Positions 50,109 through 60,377 of a DNA stretch of 64,000 bases are shown here, piece after piece. Within the stretch, counting starts at the first letter, position 1, and every line of letters begins with the position of its first letter. Source of the stretch: an uncultured Christensenellaceae bacterium (GTDB taxonomy: Bacteria; Bacillota; Clostridia; Christensenellales; SZUA-584); assembly GCA_964441275.1 (NCBI GenBank), contig CAYTUG010000006.1:11739-75738 (forward strand), read 5' to 3'. The position numbers and the translations under genes are program-made. The notes under the pieces are model-generated. The model saw only the letters and a program-made list of their open reading frames with translations, did no database searches and had not been told where the DNA came from.

Positions 50109-50128
50109 AAACCGCGCAGTTGCGGTTT
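50109..50128. terminator. Short hairpin between convergent genes
   Basis: AAACCGC-GCAGTT-GCGGTTT. A 7-bp stem with a weak T-tract. Confidence 0.4.
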
Positions 50129-50143
50129 GCCGATGTCAGAGAA

Positions 50144-50683
50144 TTAAACGCATACGCATTTTTCGCCCTCGTCCATTGCTTTTTGGTTTACTGCAAAAAG
50201 ATGGGCTTTTTTTTCTCCAAGCATATATTTTACGGCTGTAATTATGCTGTCTTTTGATAAAATGCGCGATACAGCTATATATGCGCTAAGCATAACCATG
50301 TTAGCTACGCGCGCATTACCTACTAAAGCGGCTATATCGTTAGCGGGCACGCCAAAAAAATCTATTCCATTTTGCGGGCACTTATTTTCGATAAGCGATG
50401 TGTTTACGAACAGCCTTCCGCCCGGTTTAAGATAAACCGCAAATTTATCAAGAGAAGGTTTGTTCATAACAATTACAGTATCGGCTTGGGTAACAACAGG
50501 CGAAGCGATTGGCGCAGACGATATTATTACATTACAGTTTGCGGTACCGCCGCGCATTTCAGGACCGTAAGAAGGAAGCCATGAAACATTTTTTCCTTCA
50601 GTCATTCCCGCGTAAGCTATTGTGTGCCCCATGGTCAGCACGCCTTGGCCGCCAAAACCGGCAATAATAATTTGTTCTGTCAT
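50144..50683 (-). CDS. 2-oxoacid:ferredoxin oxidoreductase, gamma subunit
   Basis: 179 aa with 'IIIAGFGGQGVLTMGHTIA...SYGPEMRGGTANC'. Confidence 0.9.
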   Translation of the reverse strand: MTEQIIIAGFGGQGVLTMGHTIAYAGMTEGKNVSWLPSYGPEMRGGTANCNVIISSAPIASPVVTQADTVIVMNKPSLDKFAVYLKPGGRLFVNTSLIENKCPQNGIDFFGVPANDIAALVGNARVANMVMLSAYIAVSRILSKDSIITAVKYMLGEKKAHLFAVNQKAMDEGEKCVCV

Positions 50684-50689
50684 AATGGC

Positions 50690-51424
50690 TTATGCCTCCT
50701 TATAAACGCCCAAAGGGTAATACGGGATCATGTTCTCTTTAAGCCATTCCATTGCTTCGGTTGGGCTTTTTCCCCAGTTGGTGGGGCAGGTGGACAAAAG
50801 CTCAACAAGTGAAAATCCTTTGCCTTCCATTTGAGTTTCAAACGCTTTGCGGATAGCCTTTTTGGCCTTGTTTATATTGGGGACGTCATGAAGGGACGCG
50901 CGCGCAATATAAGCGGCGCCGTCAAGCGTGCAAAGCATCTCGCTCACGCGTATCGGATACCCGCAATGCTGTGCGTCGCGTCCATACGGCGAGGTTGTTG
51001 TTTTTTGCCCAACCAACGTTGTGGGCGCCATTTGACCGCTGGTCATCCCGTAAATCGCGTTGTTTATAAATATTGCGGTTATCTTTTCTCCGCGCGCCGC
51101 GGCGTGCACAATCTCCGCCATTCCGATTGACGCTAAATCGCCATCGCCCTGATAGGTAAACACAAGATTTTGCGGGTGCACCCTTTTTGCGCCGGTAGCA
51201 ACGGCAGGGGCGCGTCCATGCGCCGCTTCGTACATATCGCAATTAAAATAGTTGTATGCAAAAACCGCACACCCAACGGGGCATACCCCAACAGCCCTGC
51301 TCTCAAGCCCCATATCCTCAATACATTCCGCTACAAGCCTGTGCGCAATGCCATGCGTGCATCCGGGGCAGTAGTGAAGCGGGACATCCCGTAACATTTT
51401 GCTTTTTTTAAATACTACTGACAT
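50690..51424 (-). CDS. 2-oxoacid:ferredoxin oxidoreductase, beta (TPP-binding) subunit
   Basis: 'YCPGCTHG' and 'GDGDLASIGMAE...INNAIYGMTSGQ'. ATG at 51424 follows an AAAGGAG RBS. Confidence 0.9.
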   Translation of the reverse strand: MSVVFKKSKMLRDVPLHYCPGCTHGIAHRLVAECIEDMGLESRAVGVCPVGCAVFAYNYFNCDMYEAAHGRAPAVATGAKRVHPQNLVFTYQGDGDLASIGMAEIVHAAARGEKITAIFINNAIYGMTSGQMAPTTLVGQKTTTSPYGRDAQHCGYPIRVSEMLCTLDGAAYIARASLHDVPNINKAKKAIRKAFETQMEGKGFSLVELLSTCPTNWGKSPTEAMEWLKENMIPYYPLGVYKEA

Positions 51425-52479
51425 GATTTCTCCTTTATCTTGCAAAGCTTTTCGACAATCATATCGGGGGAAGGTATAACGCCTCCGGTAGTGCCTGCAA
51501 AATGTACGGGACGCGCCCCGTTAACTGCAAGCCGGACGTCTTCAACCATCTGGCCCATGCTCATCTCTATGGCTAAAAACGCCGTGCAATTTTTTGCCGC
51601 CGCCGCAATCACATCCGACGGGAAAGGCCACACTGTAATAGGGCGTATCATACCAACTTTTATACCGTTTTGGCGCGCTTTATCAATTGCGTTTTTGACT
51701 ATCCGGGAGGTGGTGCCATAAGCAACAATACCTATTTGTGCATCGTCCATCAAATAGGTATCGTATTGAGTTTCGTTTTGCTCTATCAGCTTATATATTG
51801 CGGCGAACTGGTGGCATACTTCATTCATCTTTTCGGGTTCAATGTACAAAGAATTTATTATTGCGCGTTCTTTTTTACCGTCATAACCGGTGGCAGCCCA
51901 GGTTTTTTCGGGCAAAACGCGTTTTTTGGGGGTCTTAAATTCGACAGGCTCCATCATTTGCCCAATCATGCCATCGCCTAATATCATTGCGGGCACACGG
52001 TAACAGTCGGAAGCTTCAAACGCCTCCATAACGCAATCGGCCGCCTCTTGCACCGAGCTTGGCGCATACACGATAAGCCGGTAATCGCCGTGGCCACCGC
52101 CCTTTACAGCCTGAAAGTAATCGGACTGAGCTGCTAATATGCCCCCGAGCCCCGGACCGCTGCGTACCATATTTACTATAACGCAAGGCAGTTTGGCGCA
52201 CGCAATATAGCTTATTCCTTCTTGTTTTAAACTGATCCCGGGAGAAGATGATGACGTCATAACCCGCGCGCCCGCGCCCGCCGCTCCGTAAACCATGTTT
52301 ATTGCGGATACTTCGGATTCGGCCTGCAAAAAGGTGCCCCCCACCTCGGGCAGCCTGCGCGCCATATATTCGGGTATCTGATTCTGGGGCGTTATCGGAT
52401 AACCAAAGAAAAAGCGGCACCCCGCCCGAACGGCCGCTTCCGCTATCGCTTCATTTCCTTTTAAAAGTAATTTAGCCAT
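51415..52479 (-). CDS. 2-oxoacid:ferredoxin oxidoreductase, alpha subunit
   Basis: 354 aa with 'LLKGNEAIAEAAVRAGCRFFFGYPITPQN' and 'AESEVSAINMVYGAAGAGARVMTSSSSPG'. Confidence 0.9.
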   Translation of the reverse strand: MAKLLLKGNEAIAEAAVRAGCRFFFGYPITPQNQIPEYMARRLPEVGGTFLQAESEVSAINMVYGAAGAGARVMTSSSSPGISLKQEGISYIACAKLPCVIVNMVRSGPGLGGILAAQSDYFQAVKGGGHGDYRLIVYAPSSVQEAADCVMEAFEASDCYRVPAMILGDGMIGQMMEPVEFKTPKKRVLPEKTWAATGYDGKKERAIINSLYIEPEKMNEVCHQFAAIYKLIEQNETQYDTYLMDDAQIGIVAYGTTSRIVKNAIDKARQNGIKVGMIRPITVWPFPSDVIAAAAKNCTAFLAIEMSMGQMVEDVRLAVNGARPVHFAGTTGGVIPSPDMIVEKLCKIKEKSCQ

Positions 52480-52494
52480 TTTACCACCTTTGTT

Positions 52495-52701
52495 TTATCG
52501 TTCCACGGTAAACACATAATCCGGACATATTTTAGCGCAGTTTGCACATCCTATGCATTCGTTCATATCCGTAATTTCCGCCGGGTTGTAACCTTTATCG
52601 TTTATACTGCTTTTTGAAAGTATAATTATTTGTTTAGGGCATACAGTCACGCAAAGACCGCAACCTTTGCAAATATCCTTGTTAATTGTAACTTTTGCCA
52701 C
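52495..52701 (-). CDS. 2-oxoacid:ferredoxin oxidoreductase, delta subunit (2x[4Fe-4S] ferredoxin)
   Basis: 68 aa with 'CKGCGLCVTVCP' and 'CIGCANCAKICP'. Confidence 0.9.
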   Translation of the reverse strand: MAKVTINKDICKGCGLCVTVCPKQIIILSKSSINDKGYNPAEITDMNECIGCANCAKICPDYVFTVER

Positions 52702-52809
52702 AACCGTTCCCCTTTACATCCAATAAAATATGTACAAGAATACCACAGTAAAGAGAGGCAAGTCAATGACACTGACCCAAAGCTTTAGAAAATCAATTAT
52801 ATAAACAAA

Positions 52810-52839
52810 AGCAGAGCAAAGGTAAATCTCTGCTCTGCT
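52810..52839 (-). terminator. Rho-independent terminator of lipoprotein gene
   Basis: AGCAGAGCA (52810-52818) pairs with TGCTCTGCT (52831-52839). On the minus strand it is followed by TTTGTTTAT. Confidence 0.6.
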
Positions 52840-52868
52840 CACTGTCTTTAATCAGAATTTTCAATTGT

Positions 52869-53630
52869 TTAAGCACAGATAGCATTAGGTGCTGTTTTAG
52901 GGGCAGTTTTACTCTTTTTAGATTTGCTTTTTACAGGTTCGCTCTTTTTTAATACCGCTTCGTATTCTACAGAATCGCTCAAATCAAGCGCCTTGAATTC
53001 AGTAACAGCTTTATTAAAATGGTGGGGTTTGTTGTTGATAAGCCAATAATCAATTTCAAAGCCTTTGGGGATTTGTGCGCACAAATATATAGAGATTTTG
53101 CCGTCCTCAGTTTCGTTGTTATCTTTGTTAATGACGTATTCTGATATCTTATCTCCTGTCGGCTCTTTTTTATCGTCTAACAGTTGAAAAAATGCGTTTA
53201 CTGCGCTAATTTTCGGCAGTTCCTTTAGCACAGCTTCTATTGCCGTATTGGCGCTAACGTTTATGGTAAGCTGTTGGTTCTGCTCGTCTATGCGTTTGCC
53301 GTTTACATTCCAATAATCAAACGCCATCCCATCCGATATCACCGGGTATGCGTTAATCGTTGCAGTTTTAAGAAATTCAATTTGGTTTTGCGCATTGTCT
53401 TTGCTATCGCCATCTTTGCTAAGCAAAGCGTTTATGCCTATAACTATGTTTTTATCCGCTTGCTGCTTGAGTTCGGCTATTTTACCCTCAAGCTCGGAAA
53501 CCTTGTTGGTAAGCGCATCGTTGGAAACGGACTGTTCAGAAATTGCAGGCGCGGCGCATCCGGCTGCTACCAGCGCTATCAGCGCAATAATTAATAATAA
53601 AACGCATTTTTCAAATTTCCTCACTATCAT
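52869..53630 (-). CDS. Lipoprotein with two Listeria-Bacteroides (InlB B-repeat-like) repeats
   Basis: 253 aa with lipobox 'LVAAGC|A'. Two internal repeats, 'GMAFDYWNVNGKRI...AIEAVLK' and 'GFEIDYWLINNKPH...EYEAVLK', and a Lys-rich tail. Confidence 0.55.
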   Translation of the reverse strand: MIVRKFEKCVLLLIIALIALVAAGCAAPAISEQSVSNDALTNKVSELEGKIAELKQQADKNIVIGINALLSKDGDSKDNAQNQIEFLKTATINAYPVISDGMAFDYWNVNGKRIDEQNQQLTINVSANTAIEAVLKELPKISAVNAFFQLLDDKKEPTGDKISEYVINKDNNETEDGKISIYLCAQIPKGFEIDYWLINNKPHHFNKAVTEFKALDLSDSVEYEAVLKKSEPVKSKSKKSKTAPKTAPNAICA

Positions 53631-53957
53631 AATATTTCTCCTTTTTTCTTAGTTTTTATTAATCGAAAATCTATCAATATTTCTTATTTAAACCCGCTTA
53701 GCCTGCATACACTATTTGAGAATGCGTATACCAATCGGCACTACGCTTTATTTAAAAAATTGTGAACTGCAAGTACGCTCTTAAACATAATAAACACTTT
53801 TCATATGCGGCAAACGAATATAGCTTAATAATGCGGATTTTTGCGTACCTATTGCAATTTTCTAATCGCAATTTTAGCCGCACGAAAACCATTTCAATAT
53901 AAAAGCAATATTTTTGTGCACCAAAAAAGCCGCGGTTAAACGTATGCAGGTGAATAG

Positions 53958-54329
53958 TTAACGTTTTTTTAGCAAATCGCGTATTTCAGTCAGTAATATC
54001 TCTTCCTTTGAAGGCGAGGGAGGCTCGGGTGTCTCATCTTTTTTCCTTTTCAATTTATTTATCAGCTTAATTATCAAAAACAAACAAAATGCGATTATAA
54101 GAAAATCTATTATGCTTTGTATGAACAAACCGTAATTTACCGTGGCATCGAAAACTGTAATGTTTAAGCTCTCAACATTTATGCCTCCCAGCAGCACGCC
54201 GATAGCCGGCATTAAAATGTCGTTAACAAGTGAGCTTACAATTTTACCGACGGCGCCGCCTATAATTATGCCCACAGCCATATCAAAAACGCTGCCCTTT
54301 GAAATAAACTCTTTAAACTCTTTTAACAT
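53958..54329 (-). CDS. mscL: Large-conductance mechanosensitive channel
   Basis: 123 aa with '[41 protein letters not shown]'. Confidence 0.95.
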   Translation of the reverse strand: MLKEFKEFISKGSVFDMAVGIIIGGAVGKIVSSLVNDILMPAIGVLLGGINVESLNITVFDATVNYGLFIQSIIDFLIIAFCLFLIIKLINKLKRKKDETPEPPSPSKEEILLTEIRDLLKKR

Positions 54330-54578
54330 GAACTTCCCCCCCTTTTATAAATGCGCTAATTTTTTTATATCAAGATATCCAAAATAATTTCTCACGTAGG
54401 TGATAATTATATCAACTTTATTGTACAAAAGGCAACGTTGTTTGCGATACATCTTCTTGTATGCATGCAGAACTGCAGTATGCTGATTATGAAACGGATA
54501 AATAGTTGCCCGCAAGCCAAGCCGGTGGTAAAATGGTACAGCGCAATAAGGCGAGTTATGATAATAAAGGGGAATGAT

Positions 54579-57245
54579 ATGGGCCTTTTAAGAAATATAA
54601 TTGGCGGCAGCAACGAATCAAAGCTTAAAAAAATAAAAAGAATTGCGGATGAAGTTGAGGCTCTTGAAAGCGATTTCGCGCAACTTTCCGACAGGGAGCT
54701 TACCGAAAAAACAATTGAGTTTAAAAAACGCCGCGCACAGGGCGAGCTGCTCGACAGCTTGTTGCCCGAAGTTTTTGCCCAGGTGCGCGAGGCGTCTTCG
54801 CGCGTTCTTGGGATGCGGCATTTTTATGTGCAGCTTATCGGCGGCATAGTGTTGCATCAAGGGCGTATAGCCGAAATGAAAACGGGAGAGGGCAAAACGC
54901 TTGCCGCTACGCTTGCGGTCTGCTTAAACGCGCTTTCGGGCAAAGGGGTTCATGTGGTAACTGTAAACGATTACCTTGCAAAGAGGGACTCGGAATGGAT
55001 GGGAAAACTGTATACGTTTTTAGGCTATACTGTGGGTTTGGTGGTGCAGGGCATGGATTCCGGGCTAAGGCGCAAAAGCTATGCGTGCGATATCGTATAC
55101 GGGACAAATAACGAGTTTGGGTTTGATTATTTGCGCGACAACATGGTAATACAAAAAGAAAGCATGGTACAGCGCGAGCTGCATTTTGCAGTGGTGGACG
55201 AAGTTGACAGCATACTTATAGACGAAGCAAGAACGCCGCTAATAATTTCAGGCGCCGGCGAAAAAAGCACAGACCTTTACAAAACGGTGGACAGGTTTGT
55301 AAGAGGATTGACTCCCGAGCAGGACTATACCATTGATGAAAAGCTTAAAGCCGCAAATTTAACGGAACAGGGAACGGAGAAAACCGAAAATGCGTTTGGG
55401 CTGGAGAACCTGTCCGATATTGAAAATACCGAGCTTAACCACCACATAAACCAGGCGCTTAAAGCCCACAGCCTTATGAAAAGAGATATAGATTATGTTG
55501 TAAAAGACGGACAAGTGATAATTGTGGATGAATTTACCGGCAGGCTTATGATTGGCCGGCGTTATTCCGAAGGTTTGCATCAGGCTATAGAGGCAAAAGA
55601 AAAAGTTAAGGTTGAAAGAGAGACGCGAACATTAGCGACTATAACATTCCAGAACTATTTTAGGATGTACGAAAAGCTTTCGGGCATGACGGGAACCGCA
55701 AAAACCGAGGAGGACGAGTTTCAGGGCATTTACAGCTTGGATGTGGTTCAGATTCCCACCAATATGCCTATGATACGGACAGATAACAACGATGTTATAT
55801 ATGCTACTGAAGAAGGCAAATTCAAAGCGATTGTACAAGAGATAAAGAAGGTGCACGAGACGGGGCGGCCTGTTTTGGTGGGCACAGTCTCTGTGGAAAA
55901 GTCTGAAAGATTATCGGCAATGATATCCAAATCCGGAATAAAGCATAATGTGCTCAATGCTAAAAACCACGAAAGAGAGGCGCTAATAATTGCCCAAGCG
56001 GGCAAAAAAGGCGCGGTAACAATTGCTACTAATATGGCGGGCAGGGGAACTGATATTATACTTGGCGGCAACCCTGACTTTTCGGCGCGGGCTGATATGA
56101 GGGTTGAGGCCTTTTCCGAAGAGCTTATAGAGAATGCCGTAAGCCATGCGCCTACCAACGATTATGACATAACGGCGGCGCGGAAAAGATATGCGCAGCT
56201 GTTTGAAAAGCACAGGCAATCGATGAAAATAGAGCACGACCAAGTGGTAAAATTGGGCGGGCTGCATATAGTCGGCACCGAAAGGCACGAATCAAGGCGC
56301 ATTGACAACCAGTTAAGGGGCAGAAGCGGAAGGCAGGGAGACCCGGGTTCATCGGTATTCTACCTGTCTTTAGGAGACGATTTGATGCGGTTGTTTGGGG
56401 GGGAGCGCATACAAGGGTTTGTAAGCGCAGTAAGCAAAGACGACGGAATACCCATCACGGCGGGCCTTCTGACAAGGCAGATAGAATCCGCCCAAAAGCG
56501 TATAGAAAGCCGGAATTTCGAGATCAGAAAAACGGTTTTGCAGTATGACGATGTGATGAACAAGCAAAGAGAGCTGATGTATTCGCAAAGGCGCATGGTG
56601 TTAACGGGCGCGGACGTCAAACAGAACATATTCGATATGATAGAAACCGTTGTTGACGAAATATTGCCTGTTTACTGCCCCGAGGGCGTATTCCCTGAGG
56701 AATGGGATATAATTTCCCTGACAAAATATTTTAACAGGTTCTTTTTGCCGCGCGGCGAGAAACTTTTTGAGAAACGGGAGATTGAGGATCTAACGCTCAA
56801 AAAAGCTAAGAAGAAAGTACTTGATATCGCGCATCGCTATTATAAAATCAAAGAACAGGAGATTGAATCGGGCGGGCAGGATATGCGCGAAATTGAGCGA
56901 ATATTGCTATTGCGCGCAGTAGACCAAAAATGGATGGCACACATTGACGCTATGGACCAATTGCGCCAGGGCATTGGTTTGAGGGCGTTGGGGCAGCGCG
57001 ATCCGATTATAGAATACAGACGCGAAGGCTTTGATATGTTTGAAGAGATGATAAGCGAAATTCAGCAGGACACTCTTATGATGATTTATCATGTTAAGCT
57101 TACGTCCAGCCACAAACAAAGACAAACGCCAAGTATAATTGAAGGCAGGAAAAAAGCGGTTGACGAAAGCGGAAACAGGGTGGGCAGAAACGCGCCTTGC
57201 CCTTGCGGAAGCGGTAAAAAATTTAAAAATTGCTGCGGACAATAG
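54579..57245 (+). CDS. secA: Preprotein translocase ATPase SecA
   Basis: 'MKTGEGKTL', '[21 protein letters not shown]', '[11 protein letters not shown]' and the C-terminal zinc motif '[14 protein letters not shown]'. ATG at 54579 follows an AAAGGGGA RBS; the upstream ORF-track extension was rejected. Confidence 0.97.
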   Translation: MGLLRNIIGGSNESKLKKIKRIADEVEALESDFAQLSDRELTEKTIEFKKRRAQGELLDSLLPEVFAQVREASSRVLGMRHFYVQLIGGIVLHQGRIAEMKTGEGKTLAATLAVCLNALSGKGVHVVTVNDYLAKRDSEWMGKLYTFLGYTVGLVVQGMDSGLRRKSYACDIVYGTNNEFGFDYLRDNMVIQKESMVQRELHFAVVDEVDSILIDEARTPLIISGAGEKSTDLYKTVDRFVRGLTPEQDYTIDEKLKAANLTEQGTEKTENAFGLENLSDIENTELNHHINQALKAHSLMKRDIDYVVKDGQVIIVDEFTGRLMIGRRYSEGLHQAIEAKEKVKVERETRTLATITFQNYFRMYEKLSGMTGTAKTEEDEFQGIYSLDVVQIPTNMPMIRTDNNDVIYATEEGKFKAIVQEIKKVHETGRPVLVGTVSVEKSERLSAMISKSGIKHNVLNAKNHEREALIIAQAGKKGAVTIATNMAGRGTDIILGGNPDFSARADMRVEAFSEELIENAVSHAPTNDYDITAARKRYAQLFEKHRQSMKIEHDQVVKLGGLHIVGTERHESRRIDNQLRGRSGRQGDPGSSVFYLSLGDDLMRLFGGERIQGFVSAVSKDDGIPITAGLLTRQIESAQKRIESRNFEIRKTVLQYDDVMNKQRELMYSQRRMVLTGADVKQNIFDMIETVVDEILPVYCPEGVFPEEWDIISLTKYFNRFFLPRGEKLFEKREIEDLTLKKAKKKVLDIAHRYYKIKEQEIESGGQDMREIERILLLRAVDQKWMAHIDAMDQLRQGIGLRALGQRDPIIEYRREGFDMFEEMISEIQQDTLMMIYHVKLTSSHKQRQTPSIIEGRKKAVDESGNRVGRNAPCPCGSGKKFKNCCGQ

Positions 57246-57260
57246 CAGCCAAGGACTGAT

Positions 57261-58361
57261 ATGATACAAACTTTACAGGCAAAACAAGATTTAGCGCAAA
57301 TAAGATCGGTTACGAAAGAAATTGAGGCGGCCCTTTCGGTTGGACAATTGAAAGAAGAATTGTCAAAGCTTAAAAAAAGTATGGAAGTTCCCGGGTTTTG
57401 GGACGATGTTGAACGGGCGCAAAAGGTAAACAAAAAAATTAAGCCGATTGAAGATAAGATAGAGCAATACACGCAACTGTTAACGCGGCTTGACAATGCC
57501 GATGTATTGTTGGAGCTTGTGCTTGAATCTGAAGACGCTGACATGGAAAAAGAGCTTGAAACAGAAGTTGCGGCGCTAAAAAAATATGTTGCTGAACTGC
57601 GGATTAAGGCGCTGTTAAGCGGCGATTATGACGCCAACGGCGCTATACTTTCGTTACATGCAGGTGCGGGGGGAACGGAAGCGCAAGATTGGGTTGAAAT
57701 GCTGTACCGGATGTATACCCGCTGGTGCGAATCGAAAAAATATAATGTACGCGTTCTTGATATTTTGGACGGGGACGAGGCAGGCATAAAAAGCGTAACC
57801 ATGGAAGTTACAGGGCTTAACGCTTACGGATATTTAAAGGCCGAAAAAGGCGTACATCGTTTGGTGCGCATTTCGCCTTTCGATTCGTCCGCAAGAAGGC
57901 ATACGTCTTTCGCTTCGCTCGATGTAATGCCAACGATTGACGATGATGACCCGGAAATTGAGATAAACCCGGACGATCTTAAAATAGACACTTACCGCTC
58001 TTCGGGGGCGGGAGGTCAGCACGTTAACAAGACGGAGTCCGCAATTCGTATAACGCATTTGCCGACGGGGTTCGTTGTGCAGTGCCAGAACGAGCGTTCG
58101 CAGATGCAAAACCGGGAAACCGCAATGCGTATGTTAAAGTCCAAGCTTTTGGAAAAGCGTGAAAACGAAAAAATGCAGGAAATTTTGCAAATAAAAGGCG
58201 AGATGAAAAGGATAGAATGGGGCAGTCAAATACGCTCTTATGTTTTTCATCCCTACAGCATGGTTAAAGACCACAGGACAGGCGAAGAAACGGGCAATAT
58301 TTCCGCGGTCATGGACGGAGAAATTGATTCGTTCATAAACGCATATTTGACACGGCTGTAA
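57261..58361 (+). CDS. prfB: Peptide chain release factor 2 (single frame, no programmed frameshift)
   Basis: 366 aa with 'SPF' ('RISPFDS') and 'GGQ' ('SGAGGQHVNKTESA'). The N-terminal region is in the same frame as the rest. Confidence 0.95.
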   Translation: MIQTLQAKQDLAQIRSVTKEIEAALSVGQLKEELSKLKKSMEVPGFWDDVERAQKVNKKIKPIEDKIEQYTQLLTRLDNADVLLELVLESEDADMEKELETEVAALKKYVAELRIKALLSGDYDANGAILSLHAGAGGTEAQDWVEMLYRMYTRWCESKKYNVRVLDILDGDEAGIKSVTMEVTGLNAYGYLKAEKGVHRLVRISPFDSSARRHTSFASLDVMPTIDDDDPEIEINPDDLKIDTYRSSGAGGQHVNKTESAIRITHLPTGFVVQCQNERSQMQNRETAMRMLKSKLLEKRENEKMQEILQIKGEMKRIEWGSQIRSYVFHPYSMVKDHRTGEETGNISAVMDGEIDSFINAYLTRL

Positions 58362-58428
58362 TAGGGCGTATATGCAAGGCGCTGTTTGCATATGTATTAC
58401 GTGTACGATAATGCAAAGGAGCGCGCCT

Positions 58429-58725
58429 ATGTACATAGAAGAACAAAAAGAAAAACCGAACAAATCGCCGCACAAAGTTGTAATAGATTCCCGAAGCAAA
58501 ATAATAATTACCGCAGTTGAAGATGTGGACAGCTTTAACGAGCAGGAAATAATATTGCTTACGAACCATGGGTTTATTACGGTGACGGGCGAAGAATTAC
58601 ACATAAATAAGCTAAGCTTAGAAGACGGGACGCTGGTCGTTGAAGGCAAAATACAATGTTTGGATTATGCCGACCATGAGGAAGAACGCTCTAAAAAAGG
58701 GGTGTTTTCCAAAATGTTCAGGTAA
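58429..58725 (+). CDS. yabP: Sporulation protein YabP
   Basis: 'IIITAVEDVDSFNEQEIILLTNHGFITVTGEELHINKLSLEDGTLVVEGKI...KGVFSKMFR' aligns with B. subtilis YabP. ATG follows an AAAGGAG RBS. Confidence 0.88.
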   Translation: MYIEEQKEKPNKSPHKVVIDSRSKIIITAVEDVDSFNEQEIILLTNHGFITVTGEELHINKLSLEDGTLVVEGKIQCLDYADHEEERSKKGVFSKMFR

Positions 58726-58730
58726 AAGCC

Positions 58731-59048
58731 ATGATGACCACGGAACCGCAAATAAGCGTTTTTTTGATTACTTTGTACGGCGGGATTGCCTCGGGAATAA
58801 TATACGATATTTACCGTGCGCTCCGCAAGGTAACAGGGCAAAAAAGGTTAACCACTGCTTTGATCGATGCGGTTTTTGTTTTAATTATTGGCGCGGTTAT
58901 ATTATCAATGCTGTATATTGCAAATAAAGGTGAGCTTCGGCTTTATACGTTTGTAGGCGTTGCATTGGGGTTTGCGCTTTATATGACGGGTCTATCTCCT
59001 TTTATAATATTCATGTACGGTAAAATAAAAAACCGGCTGCAAAAATAG
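58731..59048 (+). CDS. yabQ: Spore cortex biosynthesis protein YabQ
   Basis: 105 aa, multi-TM, with 'GGIASGIIYDIYRAL'. Position after yabP also supports the call. Confidence 0.8.
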   Translation: MMTTEPQISVFLITLYGGIASGIIYDIYRALRKVTGQKRLTTALIDAVFVLIIGAVILSMLYIANKGELRLYTFVGVALGFALYMTGLSPFIIFMYGKIKNRLQK

Positions 59049-59171
59049 CAACTCCAAATAATAAAAGGGTATTGTGTTAGCCTTGTAGAATAGTTACTTA
59101 AACAGTTTAAGTTGTTATCAACGCGTTTATATAAAAAAGAGATGAAGTAATCGTCCGATTTGTGAGGCAAA

Positions 59172-59453
59172 ATGAAAAAAAGAAAAATAACGCTTAAGTT
59201 TAAGCTTGTGTTGCTATCTTTATTTTTAGTATATATAGGGGTTTCCGTGTATATTCAGCAGTGCAACATATTAGAGTTGAAAAAAGAACAGCAAACGCTG
59301 AACGAATATTATAACCAAGTACAAACTCAGCTGTTGCGGCTTGAGCATAAAAACGAATATATGGGCACAACAAAATATATTGAGAACGCCGCTCGTGAAA
59401 AACTTGGGCTTGCGTATGAGGACGAACTTATTCTAATCCCGCAAACTCCCTAA
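59172..59453 (+). CDS. divIC: Septum formation initiator (DivIC/FtsB family)
   Basis: 93 aa: TM plus coiled coil with 'IENAAREKLGL'. Synteny yabP-yabQ-divIC. Confidence 0.8.
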   Translation: MKKRKITLKFKLVLLSLFLVYIGVSVYIQQCNILELKKEQQTLNEYYNQVQTQLLRLEHKNEYMGTTKYIENAAREKLGLAYEDELILIPQTP

Positions 59454-59495
59454 CAATTGCGCCAAAATAGGCGTGTCTTTTTTTGAGGAAAATCA

Positions 59496-60377
59496 ATGAA
59501 ACAATACGCGGTAACCGATTTGGGCACAAACTCCGCAAGGCTTATGATTGCGCACATAAATAAAAATTCGGTTGAAGCGGATTATAAAACCCTGCGCTAT
59601 ATAAGAATTGGCGAAAAAATATCGGACAACATAATATCCAAAGCGGCTATGCGGCGGGCTGCGGCAGCGGTAAACGAATTTAAAAAAATAAGCGCAGATT
59701 ACAATATTGGCGATAGGTTTTATTGTTTGGCCACAAGCGCCGTGCGCGATGCCAAAAACAGCGTGCATTTTTGCGAGTACATATTAAAAGAGTGCGCAAT
59801 ACAAGTCGATGTAATATCGGGCGATAAAGAGGCGCTAATAGGGTTTGCGGGCTGTGTTGAAGGGTACGGCGCAATGGTGGATATTGGCGGCGGCAGCACC
59901 GAGGTGATGGTAGGCAGCATATCGAAAATAACGTATGCAAAAAGCTATGATATAGGCACTGTGCGCTTTCACCAATTGTTCCCGGGAGGGGATCTTGCGG
60001 ATTCAAACGCTTTTAGCGCGGCACATCGTTTTGCCGCAAAAACGTTTGCAAAAGTACCTGCTGCGAATGGATTTACATATACGGCAATAGGCGGAACGGC
60101 AACCGCACTCGCAGCAATTGATTTAGGTATTGACAAATATGATGCAAAGCTGATTGACAATCATATTTTAAGCAGTCAAAAAGTTAAACAGTTGTGCGCC
60201 GTGTTAGAGTCTAAGACAAAACGACAGCGTATGGAGCTTGCCGGGCTTGAAGATAAAAAAGCGGACGTCATAGTTTTCGGCGCCATATTGTTATCAGAGT
60301 TTATGCAAGCCGCACGCGCGAATTGCGTAAAGGTCAGCGCCAGAGACAACCTTGAGGGGTATTTAAATCTTATTTGA
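59496..60377 (+). CDS. Ppx/GppA family phosphatase
   Basis: 293 aa with 'AVTDLGTNSARLMI', 'ATSAVRDAKN' and 'VDIGGGSTE'. Confidence 0.85.
   Translation: MKQYAVTDLGTNSARLMIAHINKNSVEADYKTLRYIRIGEKISDNIISKAAMRRAAAAVNEFKKISADYNIGDRFYCLATSAVRDAKNSVHFCEYILKECAIQVDVISGDKEALIGFAGCVEGYGAMVDIGGGSTEVMVGSISKITYAKSYDIGTVRFHQLFPGGDLADSNAFSAAHRFAAKTFAKVPAANGFTYTAIGGTATALAAIDLGIDKYDAKLIDNHILSSQKVKQLCAVLESKTKRQRMELAGLEDKKADVIVFGAILLSEFMQAARANCVKVSARDNLEGYLNLI

Noticed and set aside
53631-53957. 327-bp gene-free region between the lipoprotein gene and mscL, considered as a possible sRNA or riboswitch
   Set aside because: It is AT-rich with no convincing stem-loops, conserved boxes or terminator. It most likely holds the lipoprotein promoter and the mscL 3' region. 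An Rfam scan is needed to exclude an ncRNA.
54438-54578. 47-codon N-terminal extension of the secA ORF in the ORF track
   Set aside because: The sequence ([20 protein letters not shown]...) has no SecA similarity. Canonical SecA begins at [10 protein letters not shown] (ATG 54579) and has its own purine-rich RBS.
57261-57400. Programmed +1 frameshift expected in prfB
   Set aside because: The whole RF2 reads in one frame. At the position equivalent to the CUU-UGA-C shift site the sequence is CTT TCG G (Leu-Ser), so no in-frame UGA or frameshift is present.
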